DNA of 64,000 bases from Haloferacaceae archaeon (GTDB taxonomy: Archaea > Halobacteriota > Halobacteria > Halobacteriales > Haloferacaceae). The notes under the pieces were generated by a model. The model worked only from the letters and a program-made list of their open reading frames with translations, did no database searches and had not been told where the DNA came from. The stretch is taken from NCBI GenBank assembly GCA_042217165.1, contig JBDGTD010000009.1, forward strand, positions 4,077 through 68,076, in the 5' to 3' direction. The position numbers and the translations under genes were made by a program. This document shows, piece by piece, positions 37,280 to 45,634 of the stretch (positions are counted from its first letter, which is position 1; every line of letters starts with the position of its first letter).

Positions 37280-37289
37280 ATTAAAAAAC
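37280..37289 (-). promoter_or_regulatory. TATA-like element of the pilus operon
   Basis: Minus strand reads GGGTTTTTTAATCTCC, and the A/T tract ends about 23 nt upstream of the ATPase ATG (37256), which fits a leaderless mRNA. Confidence 0.35.
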
Positions 37290-37359
37290 CCTTCTCCGCA
37301 GTTATCCTCTGTCAAAATGCGGTCGACAACGATTAGCGTCCGCCTCCCGAGGTCCACCC

Positions 37360-37536
37360 GTGATCGACGCGCTAGAGGCGCTCCTCCGGACGTTCGGGCC
37401 GTTCGTAATCCCGGTCGCGCTCTTCGTCGCCGGCCTCGTGGGCTACGCCGGCCTCGTGGTACTCGGTCGGGCCGGGGTCGTCGACACGGACGACGACGAC
37501 GGGACCGAGTCGGGCGAGGGGTGGGAGCGGCGTTAG
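37360..37536 (+). CDS. possible 58-aa single-pass membrane micro-protein with acidic tail
   Basis: Own translation from GTG: VIDALEALLRTFGPFVIPVALFVAGLVGYAGLVVLGRAGVVDTDDDDGTESGEGWERR. Below the ORF-track cutoff. The stop overlaps the kinase stop by 4 nt, tail to tail. Confidence 0.35.
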   Translation: MIDALEALLRTFGPFVIPVALFVAGLVGYAGLVVLGRAGVVDTDDDDGTESGEGWERR

Positions 37537-38474
37537 CCGCGGAACGCCCGGACGGCCTCGCGGGTCGGCACCGTCTCTACCGCCCCGCGCTCGGTCGTCG
37601 TCAGGGCGGCGACGGCGTTCGCGAACGCCACGGCCTCGTCGAGTGACTCGCCGGCCCGGAGCGCCGCGACCGCGCCCGCGAGGAAGGCGTCGCCCGCGCC
37701 CGTCGTGTCGACTGTCTCGACGTCGTAGCCCGGGTGCCGGACCGTCTCGGGCCCCGGCCACGGACTCCCCGTGGCGTACGCGCCGTCGCCGCCGAGCGTG
37801 AGGAAGACGGTGTGCGGACCGGCGTCGCAGACTGCGGCCGCGAGGTCGGCCGGGTCGGCGTCGACTGCAAACCCGGCACCGGCGAGGTCCGCGCGCGAGG
37901 CCTTCACCACGTCTGCCAGCCCCAGCATCGTCCGCACGGACGGCCCGTAGTCGAACGCCGTCCACAGCTCCGGCCGCGCGTTGGGGTCGAACGATACGGT
38001 CGCGCCCGCGAGCGAGGCGCGCCGGGCCAGCCCGAGCGTCGCGGACCGCGCCGGCTCGTCCGCGAGGAGGACGCCCCCGAGGTGGACCCAGTCGACGCCG
38101 TCGAGCGAGAGTTCGCCCGCACGGTCCGGGTCCAGACGGGTGTCTGCGCTCCCGTCACGGTAGAAGGTGAACGCGCGCTCGCCCGACGACTCCAGCGAGA
38201 CGAAGGCCAGTCCCGTCCGGGCCTCCGGGTCACGCTCCACGAGGTCGGTCGCGACCCCCTCGGCGTCGAGACGGTCGGCGAGGAAGTCGCCGAACGGGTC
38301 GTCGCCGACGCGCGTCCAGAACAGCGGCGGGTCGTCGAGCCGTGCCAGTCCGACCGCGACGTTCGCCGGACCGCCGCCGAACCGCCGGTCGAACCGCTCG
38401 ACCGCCGAGAGCGACCCCGGCGCGTCCGGGAGCATGTCGACGAGCGTCTCGCCGGCGACGAGGGCTCTGCTCAC
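37533..38474 (-). CDS. PfkB-family carbohydrate kinase (KDG kinase / fructokinase-like)
   Basis: GGGPANVAVGLARL near the N-terminus and the PfkB signature DTTGAGDAFLAGAVAAL near the C-terminus. GTG at complement of 38472-38474. Confidence 0.8.
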   Translation of the reverse strand: MSRALVAGETLVDMLPDAPGSLSAVERFDRRFGGGPANVAVGLARLDDPPLFWTRVGDDPFGDFLADRLDAEGVATDLVERDPEARTGLAFVSLESSGERAFTFYRDGSADTRLDPDRAGELSLDGVDWVHLGGVLLADEPARSATLGLARRASLAGATVSFDPNARPELWTAFDYGPSVRTMLGLADVVKASRADLAGAGFAVDADPADLAAAVCDAGPHTVFLTLGGDGAYATGSPWPGPETVRHPGYDVETVDTTGAGDAFLAGAVAALRAGESLDEAVAFANAVAALTTTERGAVETVPTREAVRAFRG

Positions 38475-38657
38475 GCGGTCTCCTCCCGCGCTGTGACGGG
38501 GCCGGGCGTGGGCCACAGCGTCCGCCGGCCGCCGCTCCGCTCTGTCATAGACGCCCGTCGCCGGGAACGGGTTTACCGTTTATTACTGTCGGCCGAAAGG
38601 TCGAGCCGTGACCACACTCGCTGGCCGCTCGCTGGTCCCGAGCGTCGGGGGACGCTC

Positions 38658-39026
38658 GTGACCGACGACGCGCCACGGACGTTCGACCCGGGGACTGTCG
38701 GCCGGGTCGCGGCGGCGAACGAGGTCGCGCCGGAGCGACTGCGTGACCTGCTCACTGCCCACCAGCGACTCGTCCACGAGACGCCGGGGACCGGCGGCGT
38801 CGCCGGACTCATCTACGAGTGGCGCCGGGCGTTCGCGCGCGACCCCGTTCTCCGCAGGGCGGACGACGCCTTCCACCTCGCGGTCGAACCCCACGTCTGG
38901 GCGGAGTACGTCGCGGCACTCGACGCGACAGATCGCGAGGCGGCAGCGCTCCGGGAGGTCCACGCGGCCGCCGTCGAGGCGACGCCCGACGACGACCGGG
39001 AGCCGATGCTGGTCTGGCGCGAGTAG
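38658..39026 (+). CDS. conserved hypothetical protein
   Basis: GTG at 38658 in the tail of track ORF 37734..39026: VTDDAPRTFDPGTVGRVAAANEVAPERLRDLLTAHQRLVHE...; 122 aa. Confidence 0.45.
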   Translation: MTDDAPRTFDPGTVGRVAAANEVAPERLRDLLTAHQRLVHETPGTGGVAGLIYEWRRAFARDPVLRRADDAFHLAVEPHVWAEYVAALDATDREAAALREVHAAAVEATPDDDREPMLVWRE

Positions 39027-39077
39027 CCTCGCCGGGCGACCGGGGAGTTATGCCGCCTCACGGTCTATCGCAACTGG

Positions 39078-39875
39078 ATGGGCGTCCGTCGGCTGGTCCG
39101 GGGACGGGTCGAGTGGCCCCGGCTCGAGGAGGTCGGACGCGAACTCGCAGAGCGGTACGACCGCGACGTCGTCCGCGTGCGGTTCCTCGACGCCGACAAC
39201 TGGCTCTCGACCCCGATGGTCGTCGACGAGGAACTGTTCGTCAAGCTGATCACCCCGCAGAACTCGATCGTCCACGCGCTGTTCACCACGGGCCGGAACA
39301 TCGGCGCGTTCTCCTCGGGCGTCGAGGGGTTCTTCGAGCATTTCGGCACCCCAGTCCAGATGGCCGAACACGAACTCGAGGCGACCCGCCGGATGCGGGA
39401 CCTCGACGTGAACGCCCCGGAACCGATCGAGGCGTTCGAACTGGAGGGGCTGGGCGTCCTCGTCGTGGAGTACCTCCCGGAGTTCGAACCGCTCGACGAC
39501 CTGCCGCCGGAGGAGGCGCGCGCCCGCGCGCCAGACCTGTTCGACTCGCTCGCGCGGATGCACGAGGCCGGCCTGGCCCACGGTGACCTGCGCGCCGAGA
39601 ACGTCCTCGTCCTCGACGGCGAGGTGTACCTCATCGACGCGACGAGCGTCCGCGAGGACGCCCGGGAGGAGGCGCGCGCGTACGACGTCGCCTGCGGGCT
39701 GGCGGCGCTGACACCGCTCGTGGGCGCGCGGTCGGCCGTCGACGCCGCGCTCTCGGCCTACCCGCTCTCCGTGGTGCTGGCCGCGCGGGAGTTCCTCGAC
39801 TTCGTCAACATCCGCCCGGACCACGACTTCGAAGCCGCGGTCGTCAAAGGCGAGATCGAGAAGCGCGCGAGCTGA
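39078..39875 (+). CDS. atypical (RIO/Bud32-like) protein kinase-fold protein
   Basis: Catalytic loop LAHGDLRAENVLVLDGEVYLIDATS; 265 aa. Confidence 0.65.
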   Translation: MGVRRLVRGRVEWPRLEEVGRELAERYDRDVVRVRFLDADNWLSTPMVVDEELFVKLITPQNSIVHALFTTGRNIGAFSSGVEGFFEHFGTPVQMAEHELEATRRMRDLDVNAPEPIEAFELEGLGVLVVEYLPEFEPLDDLPPEEARARAPDLFDSLARMHEAGLAHGDLRAENVLVLDGEVYLIDATSVREDAREEARAYDVACGLAALTPLVGARSAVDAALSAYPLSVVLAAREFLDFVNIRPDHDFEAAVVKGEIEKRAS

Positions 39876-40200
39876 GCGCGGCCTCGAACAGGTCGACGTT
39901 CCGCTGGTTCACACGCAGGACCGCGTCGACGACGGTCCCGAGAACGGGGATCGACCCGAGTGTCGCGTCGACAGCCACGTACAGAGCCATCCGGGCGAGC
40001 GTCCCCCGCGGGACGCCCGCACGCCACGCTTCGACGAGTATGTACGACGACAGGAGGGCCGCGACGAGGTCGCCGCCGACGGGGAGTACCGAGACGAGCG
40101 GGTCGAGACCGACGCGGAACCCGCCGGGAAGACGGACCGCGTCGTCGAGGAGGTGCGCGAGCCCCCGGGCGCGCCGGAGACCGGGCGGAACGTCTGACAC
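39844..40200 (-). CDS. small membrane protein (resembles DUF4112)
   Basis: RLPGGFRVGLDPLVSVLPVGGDLVAALLSSYILVEA...LGSIPVLGTVVDAV. Confidence 0.55.
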   Translation of the reverse strand: MSDVPPGLRRARGLAHLLDDAVRLPGGFRVGLDPLVSVLPVGGDLVAALLSSYILVEAWRAGVPRGTLARMALYVAVDATLGSIPVLGTVVDAVLRVNQRNVDLFEAALSSRASRSRL

Positions 40201-40386
40201 GGCAGCGGATACGGTGCCGACCGAGTTGAATCTACTCGTCGGAAGTGGTAGAAACGGGAGGCGAGGCGGGAGGTGGGTCGGGGGGCGCGCCGGGCTTTGG
40301 ATTCGCCGACTCTCGACGAGAAAAGCGTCGATGCGTCGGCATCCGAGAGGAGTGTCTGGAGTGGTATAAGTACACCGACTCCGGCT

Positions 40387-40812
40387 TCAGGCGGTCAGGC
40401 CGAGGTCGCGCCGGAGCGCCGACTCGAGGTTCGACAGTTCGTCGTCGAGGTTCTTCTCGAAGAACCGCTCGACGCCCGGGAGCCGACCGTCGACGACGAA
40501 CTCGTTCACCAGCTGACAGCCGTCTTCGGTCTCCTCGACGGTGTGTTCGCCCTGGACGCGGAACACCCGCGAGGTTCCGACGAACTGGACGTGGTGTGGC
40601 GGGTCGCGCACGGTCTCTTCCGTCTCGACGGTGACGGTGGAGCTGACGACCGGGATGGGAAGCGCGACCTGCCACGTGGCGTCCGGCCCGTCGACGTCGA
40701 ACGAGTCGACGACGCTGATGGCGCTCGCGCGCTTGGCGGGGTCGACGATGAACGCCCAGACGTCGTCGACCGGTGCCGCGAACTCTAACGTGCGGGACAC
40801 GCGGACGGTCAT
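40387..40812 (-). CDS. SRPBCC (CoxG/START-like) family protein
   Basis: Internal ATG: MTVRVSRTLEFAAPVDDVWAFIVDPAKRASAI...; 141 aa. Confidence 0.65.
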   Translation of the reverse strand: MTVRVSRTLEFAAPVDDVWAFIVDPAKRASAISVVDSFDVDGPDATWQVALPIPVVSSTVTVETEETVRDPPHHVQFVGTSRVFRVQGEHTVEETEDGCQLVNEFVVDGRLPGVERFFEKNLDDELSNLESALRRDLGLTA

Positions 40813-40850
40813 AACAACTGGTCCGCCCGCGGGAGGAAAAGTGCGACGGG

Positions 40851-41075
40851 TCAGGCCGGGGTAACGCGCCACGTCGTCGACCGGGCACGACCCCATTTCT
40901 CGATCTCCACGTGGTCGGACTTGTCGGCGAGCGCCGACAGTCGGGAGCCGACCTGCTTCGCGGACATCCCCAGCGCGTCGGCGATGTTCTTCGCCCGGAA
41001 GTAGCGGTCGCCGCGGGACACGCTGTCGTGGAGGTACGCGACGATCCGTTGTTCGTCCTCGGTGTACTCGTCCAT
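40851..41075 (-). CDS. small winged-helix DNA-binding-like protein
   Basis: MDEYTEDEQRIVAYLHDSVSRGDRYFRAKNIADALGMSAKQVGSRLSALADKSDHVEIEKWGRARSTTWRVTPA; 74 aa. Confidence 0.55.
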   Translation of the reverse strand: MDEYTEDEQRIVAYLHDSVSRGDRYFRAKNIADALGMSAKQVGSRLSALADKSDHVEIEKWGRARSTTWRVTPA

Positions 41076-41119
41076 GCCGCTACCTACGTGCCTGCGACTC
41101 TTAACGGTTTTCTGCGGCG

Positions 41120-41302
41120 TCAGGCGTAGACCTGCGCGGCCACGACCGCGACGGCCGCAGCCAGCATCGCGAGCGCGAACCCCCACGCCTTTCCGGCCTG
41201 TGAGGGGGCCGCTACCATCGCGGCCGCGCCGCCGAGCGCCACGAGTCCGAACAGGACCGTGAGTCCGACCCCCATGTCGGACTCCATCGTCTCGGTTGCC
41301 AT
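41120..41302 (-). CDS. 60-aa two-helix membrane micro-protein
   Basis: MATETMESDMGVGLTVLFGLVALGGAAAMVAAPSQAGKAWGFALAMLAAAVAVVAAQVYA. Confidence 0.4.
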   Translation of the reverse strand: MATETMESDMGVGLTVLFGLVALGGAAAMVAAPSQAGKAWGFALAMLAAAVAVVAAQVYA

Positions 41303-41389
41303 GGACGCTCCTCCGGGTCTGTGGGCTTAGTTCGTTCGGGTCGCGCCGACCCGATGGCGTTTTCAGACCGATAGACACAATGGGGGGGT

Positions 41390-42547
41390 ATGGTATCGGG
41401 GCTGCTGTCCCGGCTGACGGCGAGCAAGGTCCGAATCGCGGCTGTCGCCGTCGCCGCGCTGGCCCTCCTCCTGGGTGTCGGTGTCGCAACGGGGATCCTT
41501 GGCGCGCCGACTGTCACCGGGGTCGACAACCGATTCGCGGGCGTCAACGAGACGACGACGACCATCGAGAGCGACCTCCGGGTCCGGAACCCGAACCCGG
41601 TCGGCGCGAGTCTCGGCGGGCTCACCCTCGATTACCGCGTGTCGATGAACGACATCACGATGGCGAACGGGACGAAGCGGGGCATCTCGGTCGCAACCGG
41701 CGACTCCACCCTCCAGTTCACCACCTTCCTCGCGAACGAGCGCATCCCCACGTGGTGGGTGAGCCACGTCAACGCCGGCGAGGAGACCACGCTCCGGGTC
41801 GAGGCCGAGGTCCACTCCTCGCTCGTCGGGTCGAGCTTCGACGCGCCGCAGGTCGAACGTGACGTCGAGACGAACGTCGTCGGCGCGTTCAACTCCACCG
41901 AACGCCGGCCCGTCAACGCCAGTCTCCCCGCCATCTCCGACCCGGTCCTCTACGTCGAAGAGACCAGCGGCCGGTGGGGGACGGTGAACAGCGAGCGGAC
42001 CGAGGTCGAGACGGCGTTTCTCGTCTCGAACCCGAAGCCGTACCCCGTGGTCGTCACCGAGATCGGCTACGAGATCCGCATGAACGGCGTGGTGATGGGG
42101 GAGGGCTCCACGGCGCGCGAGTACGTGATCCCGGGCAACGGGGGCGAGCGCCGGATGAACGCCACGACGGTGATGCGGACCGCGCGGTTCGACGAGTGGT
42201 GGGTCACCCACCTCGAGCGCGACCAGACGACGACGCTCACGATCGACTTCTACTTCGTCGTCGACCCGCAGACGCCCGGCGTCCAGCCGGTTCGGGTGCC
42301 CCTCGACAGCCTCGAGCAGACGATAGAGACGGACATCTTCGGGAACAAGGCGGCGAACGAGGGGACGAGAAACGGGACGCCGAGCGGCGAGACGACCCCC
42401 ACGCCGACGCCGACCACCACCGACGACGGGTCGGAGCGGACGCCGACTCCCACGCCGACGCCGACTCCCACCGACGACGACGGGGCAGAGCGGACGCCGA
42501 CCCCCACGCCGACGCCGACCCCCACCGACGACGGCATACTCCTCTAG
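41390..42547 (+). CDS. membrane-anchored LEA-2/WHy-type (water-stress) tandem-domain protein with Thr/Pro repeat tail
   Basis: N-terminal TM anchor. Two similar modules (APTVTGVDNRFAGVNETTTTIESDLRVRNPNP...; PVLYVEETSGRWGTVNSERTEVETAFLVSNPKP...). C-terminal ERTPTPTPTPTPTDD repeats. Confidence 0.65.
   Translation: MVSGLLSRLTASKVRIAAVAVAALALLLGVGVATGILGAPTVTGVDNRFAGVNETTTTIESDLRVRNPNPVGASLGGLTLDYRVSMNDITMANGTKRGISVATGDSTLQFTTFLANERIPTWWVSHVNAGEETTLRVEAEVHSSLVGSSFDAPQVERDVETNVVGAFNSTERRPVNASLPAISDPVLYVEETSGRWGTVNSERTEVETAFLVSNPKPYPVVVTEIGYEIRMNGVVMGEGSTAREYVIPGNGGERRMNATTVMRTARFDEWWVTHLERDQTTTLTIDFYFVVDPQTPGVQPVRVPLDSLEQTIETDIFGNKAANEGTRNGTPSGETTPTPTPTTTDDGSERTPTPTPTPTPTDDDGAERTPTPTPTPTPTDDGILL
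42389..42535 (+). repeat. tandem coding repeat (about 54-nt unit: E-R-T-(PT)5-D-D-D-G-A), two near-identical copies plus one degenerate copy
   Basis: gagcggacgccgactcccacgccgacgccgactcccaccgacgacgac at 42434 is repeated at 42488 with only synonymous T/C differences. A degenerate copy starts at 42389. Confidence 0.8.
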
Positions 42548-43575
42548 TCGATGGCGACGTGGTTCGAGTCCTCGTTCAGTGCGAGGTTCGCCGCGATCTC
42601 GGCGTTTCGAACCGCGTACTCTGCGGTCTGGCGCAGGCCGACGAGCACCTCGCGGACCTCCAGGAGGGTCGCGTTCGACAGTTCCGGGAGGTCGTCGAGC
42701 AGTTCGCGCTCGGTGTCTCTGATCTCGCGGAACATCTGGCGAACCTCGATCGTCATGTCGTAGTCGCGCTCGACGACCGACCGAACCGCGAGCGCCGTGA
42801 TCTCGTCGACCGAGTCGGTGAACTCACGGATCTGTCGCATCGTCGGAGAGTCGATGTCGAGAGTGTGACCCTCGGCGTTGAGACAGATCTCGGCGATCTC
42901 CTGGGCGTGGTCGGCGGTGAGTTCGAGATTCTTCGAGACGGAGCGGTAGCCGACGAGCGGGAACCCCGATTCGAGGCCGATCGCCCGCGCGAGATTCGGG
43001 TTCTGGTAGGCGGTGAAGATCAGCCGCAGGAGGAGGACGAAGATCTTGTTCGCCTGACGCTCGCGGTTGAGCGCCCGTTCCGCGAGGTCGGGGTTCCCGT
43101 GTGCGAGCGCCTTCATCGCCTCCGTCCGCATCGTCGAGCCGGTGTTCTCCAGCCGTTCGAGGAGGTTGTCGAGCGCGAAGTCTTCGGGGTCGACCGAACA
43201 CCGGATCGCGATGGCGTCCGGCGTCTCCTCGATGACGCCCAGCCCCATCAGCTGTGTCTCGGCGCGGTAGACCGCGTTGATATGCTCGCTGTCCAGCGCC
43301 CCCTCGCGCTTGCCAACGTGGATCACCCGTCGCCCGAGGACGTACTGCGCGACGATCGCCCGCTCGACGCCGTCCGCGTCCAGGTCGTCGGCGTGGATGC
43401 GCGCGGAGGTGTCCTCGCTCGACGCCGACTCCGACAGAACCGTCAGCGTCCCCTTCTCGCCGGTCCGGATCGTCACCTCGTCACCCTTCTCGACGTCGTG
43501 GTCTTTCGTCCACTCCGCCGGAAGGGTCATTGCCAGCGTCGACGGCCCCAGTCGCTGGACTTTTCTCGTCTCCAT
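42544..43575 (-). CDS. PhoU-domain phosphate-uptake regulator with N-terminal AbrB/SpoVT-like DNA-binding domain
   Basis: METRKVQRLGPSTLAMTLPAEWTKDHDVEKGDEVTI (AbrB-like) followed by two PhoU-like helical repeats. A TTTATTAT tract lies about 26 nt upstream of the ATG. Confidence 0.8.
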   Translation of the reverse strand: METRKVQRLGPSTLAMTLPAEWTKDHDVEKGDEVTIRTGEKGTLTVLSESASSEDTSARIHADDLDADGVERAIVAQYVLGRRVIHVGKREGALDSEHINAVYRAETQLMGLGVIEETPDAIAIRCSVDPEDFALDNLLERLENTGSTMRTEAMKALAHGNPDLAERALNRERQANKIFVLLLRLIFTAYQNPNLARAIGLESGFPLVGYRSVSKNLELTADHAQEIAEICLNAEGHTLDIDSPTMRQIREFTDSVDEITALAVRSVVERDYDMTIEVRQMFREIRDTERELLDDLPELSNATLLEVREVLVGLRQTAEYAVRNAEIAANLALNEDSNHVAID

Positions 43576-43638
43576 GCGACCCGATGCGTTCCGGAGATAA
43601 TAAAACAAACCGGTCCATCTTAGTATCCCTTATATCGA

Positions 43639-44703
43639 TCAGGCGATCTGCATCATCCTTGTCTCCACGCGCCCGACCCGCACGCGGGTCCACCCGCGCA
43701 GCGACTCGTCGAGCTCCGGGTCGTCGGTGTCGACGCGGAGAACCCCGAGTTCGTCGAGTTTCGCCCGCGAAGCAACGACCCGAAGGTCACACCGGCGGAC
43801 GACGGCCGGCGAGAGCTGCGGGTTCCCCCGTCCCAGGACGAAGCCCTGCCCGCCGATGGGTGAGACGACGGCGGCGTTCCGGTCCCCGAGCGACTCCAGA
43901 ATCTCGGCCTCGCTCGCGTCGCGTGCCAGCACCGTGCCGTCCCGCCAGACGTCGACGCCGAGCGGCGAGCCCTCGAACCCGAGTGCACGCTTTATCTCCC
44001 CGACGGTACTCCCCGGACCGAGTACGTACGTCACACCCGGGTCGACCGACGCCGCGAACCCGCGCGCCAGCCCCTCGACCGACCCGCCGCCGGTCTGTTT
44101 CGAGGACTGGAGCACCTCGGCGACGGGGACGGGGACCACCGCGCGGAGTTCGGGAGAGACCTCTCCTTCCCTGTACTGGTCCTCGTCGATATCGAGCACC
44201 TCGCGGTCCTCGACGCGGGAGACGGAGGCGACGGCCTCGGCGGCCGCCTCGGGCGAGACGGCAAACACGGAGGAGTAGACTTTCACGCCCGCGGGCACGC
44301 CGAGCGTCGGCGTCTCGCCGTCCAGCGCGTCGGCCACGTCGGCCGCCGTGCCGTCCCCCCCGACGAAGAGGACGAGGTCGGCGTCGGCCTCGCAGAACGC
44401 CCGGACCGCCGCACGGGTGTCGGCGGCGCTCGACTGCTCGTCGTCCGTGCCCACTGGCGCTCCCAGTACGTCAGTCTCGAACCCCGCCTCGCGCGCGAGC
44501 GACGCGCCCATCGGGTCCGCCCACGCCAGGATCGTCGCGTCGGGCAGGTGGCCGGAGAGCGCCGAGAGCGCCCGCCGGGCCCGGTCCGGTGCGCGAGGCT
44601 CTGCGCCCCGCTCGCGTGCCTCTGTGACCTTCCCGTCGGTCCCTTTCAGGCCGACGCGCCCGCCCATTCCCGCCACGGGGTTCAGCACGAAGCCGATGCA
44701 CAC
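43639..44703 (-). CDS. ATP-NAD kinase / diacylglycerol kinase-fold family protein
   Basis: FVLNPVAGMGG...LVLFVGGDGTAADV (GGDGT motif); 354 aa. Confidence 0.7.
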   Translation of the reverse strand: MCIGFVLNPVAGMGGRVGLKGTDGKVTEARERGAEPRAPDRARRALSALSGHLPDATILAWADPMGASLAREAGFETDVLGAPVGTDDEQSSAADTRAAVRAFCEADADLVLFVGGDGTAADVADALDGETPTLGVPAGVKVYSSVFAVSPEAAAEAVASVSRVEDREVLDIDEDQYREGEVSPELRAVVPVPVAEVLQSSKQTGGGSVEGLARGFAASVDPGVTYVLGPGSTVGEIKRALGFEGSPLGVDVWRDGTVLARDASEAEILESLGDRNAAVVSPIGGQGFVLGRGNPQLSPAVVRRCDLRVVASRAKLDELGVLRVDTDDPELDESLRGWTRVRVGRVETRMMQIA

Positions 44704-44896
44704 AGACGGAGATCGGCGGGCGTCGGTAAAAGGTCGTCCGGAGCCGTCGGGTTCAAGTCGGGGCGGTCGGAGTGGGGGACGTGAACCAGATCGTCGCGAA
44801 GACGGCCGGGGCAGAGCCGGCCTTACCGACGGACCTCGTCGGGGCCGTGGTCCTCGTCGTCAGCCTCCTGCTCACGATCGGGTGGCTGGCCTACCT

Positions 44897-45604
44897 CTAC
44901 CGCTGACCGGCGTCGTCCGGGGCGAGGTCGACCCGTTCGCGGAGCCACGCCGCCGCCCGCGCCGCCGCCTCGGGGTCGCGCGAGCGCACCCGGAGCCGGA
45001 CCGTCTCGCCCGGGTAGCTCCCGACGGTCACGTCGAACCGCTCCTGAACCGTCTCCATCCGGTCGATCAGCGCGCTCTCGGGTTCGTCCGCGACGACCGC
45101 CTCGACGTGCGTGCGTTCGCCCGAGAACTCCGGAGCGACCCGTTCGAACATCGCCTTCATCTCGTCGGGGACACCCGGGAGGACGTAGATCGACTCGACG
45201 ACCGCGCCCGGCGCGACCCCGACGTCGTTCTCGAGGAATCGTGCGCCGGCGGGCAGGTCACCGGTCCCCTCCGCGAGGTCGTCGGCGCTGTAGCCGCCCG
45301 CCCCGGTGAGCCACGCGAGCGCCCCCTCGTGCTCCTCGACCGGCCGGCCGACCGCGGCGGCGACGCCCTCCATCGTCAGGTCGTCGTGGGTCGGGCCGAG
45401 GCCGCCGGTGACGACCACGGCGTCGTACGCCGCGCGGTACTCGTTGACGACCTGCGCGATGTCGGCAACGCGGTCGGGGACGGTCGTGATCCGCTCGACG
45501 TCGACGCCTCGCTCGGCGAGGCGCGCACAGAGCCACTGCGAGTTCGTATCCGTGATCTCGCCGGCGAGAATCTCGTCGCCGACGGGCACGACCGCGACGC
45601 GCAT
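44897..45604 (-). CDS. CinA-like molybdopterin-binding (MoCF_biosynth) domain protein
   Basis: MRVAVVPVGDEILAGEITDTNSQWLCARL...VVVTGGLGPTHDDLT. Confidence 0.8.
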   Translation of the reverse strand: MRVAVVPVGDEILAGEITDTNSQWLCARLAERGVDVERITTVPDRVADIAQVVNEYRAAYDAVVVTGGLGPTHDDLTMEGVAAAVGRPVEEHEGALAWLTGAGGYSADDLAEGTGDLPAGARFLENDVGVAPGAVVESIYVLPGVPDEMKAMFERVAPEFSGERTHVEAVVADEPESALIDRMETVQERFDVTVGSYPGETVRLRVRSRDPEAAARAAAWLRERVDLAPDDAGQR

Positions 45605-45634
45605 GGGACGAGGAGGAGAGGCGGCGTTAAGTGG

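Noticed and set aside
40201-40386. 186-bp spacer with short inverted repeats (GCCGAC...GTCGGC; GGAGTGGT-ATAAGTAC-ACCGACTCC), considered as a possible ncRNA or terminator.
   Set aside because: The stems are short and imperfect, there is nothing comparable elsewhere in the window, and it is consistent with an ordinary promoter/3'-end region. There is not enough evidence to call a feature.
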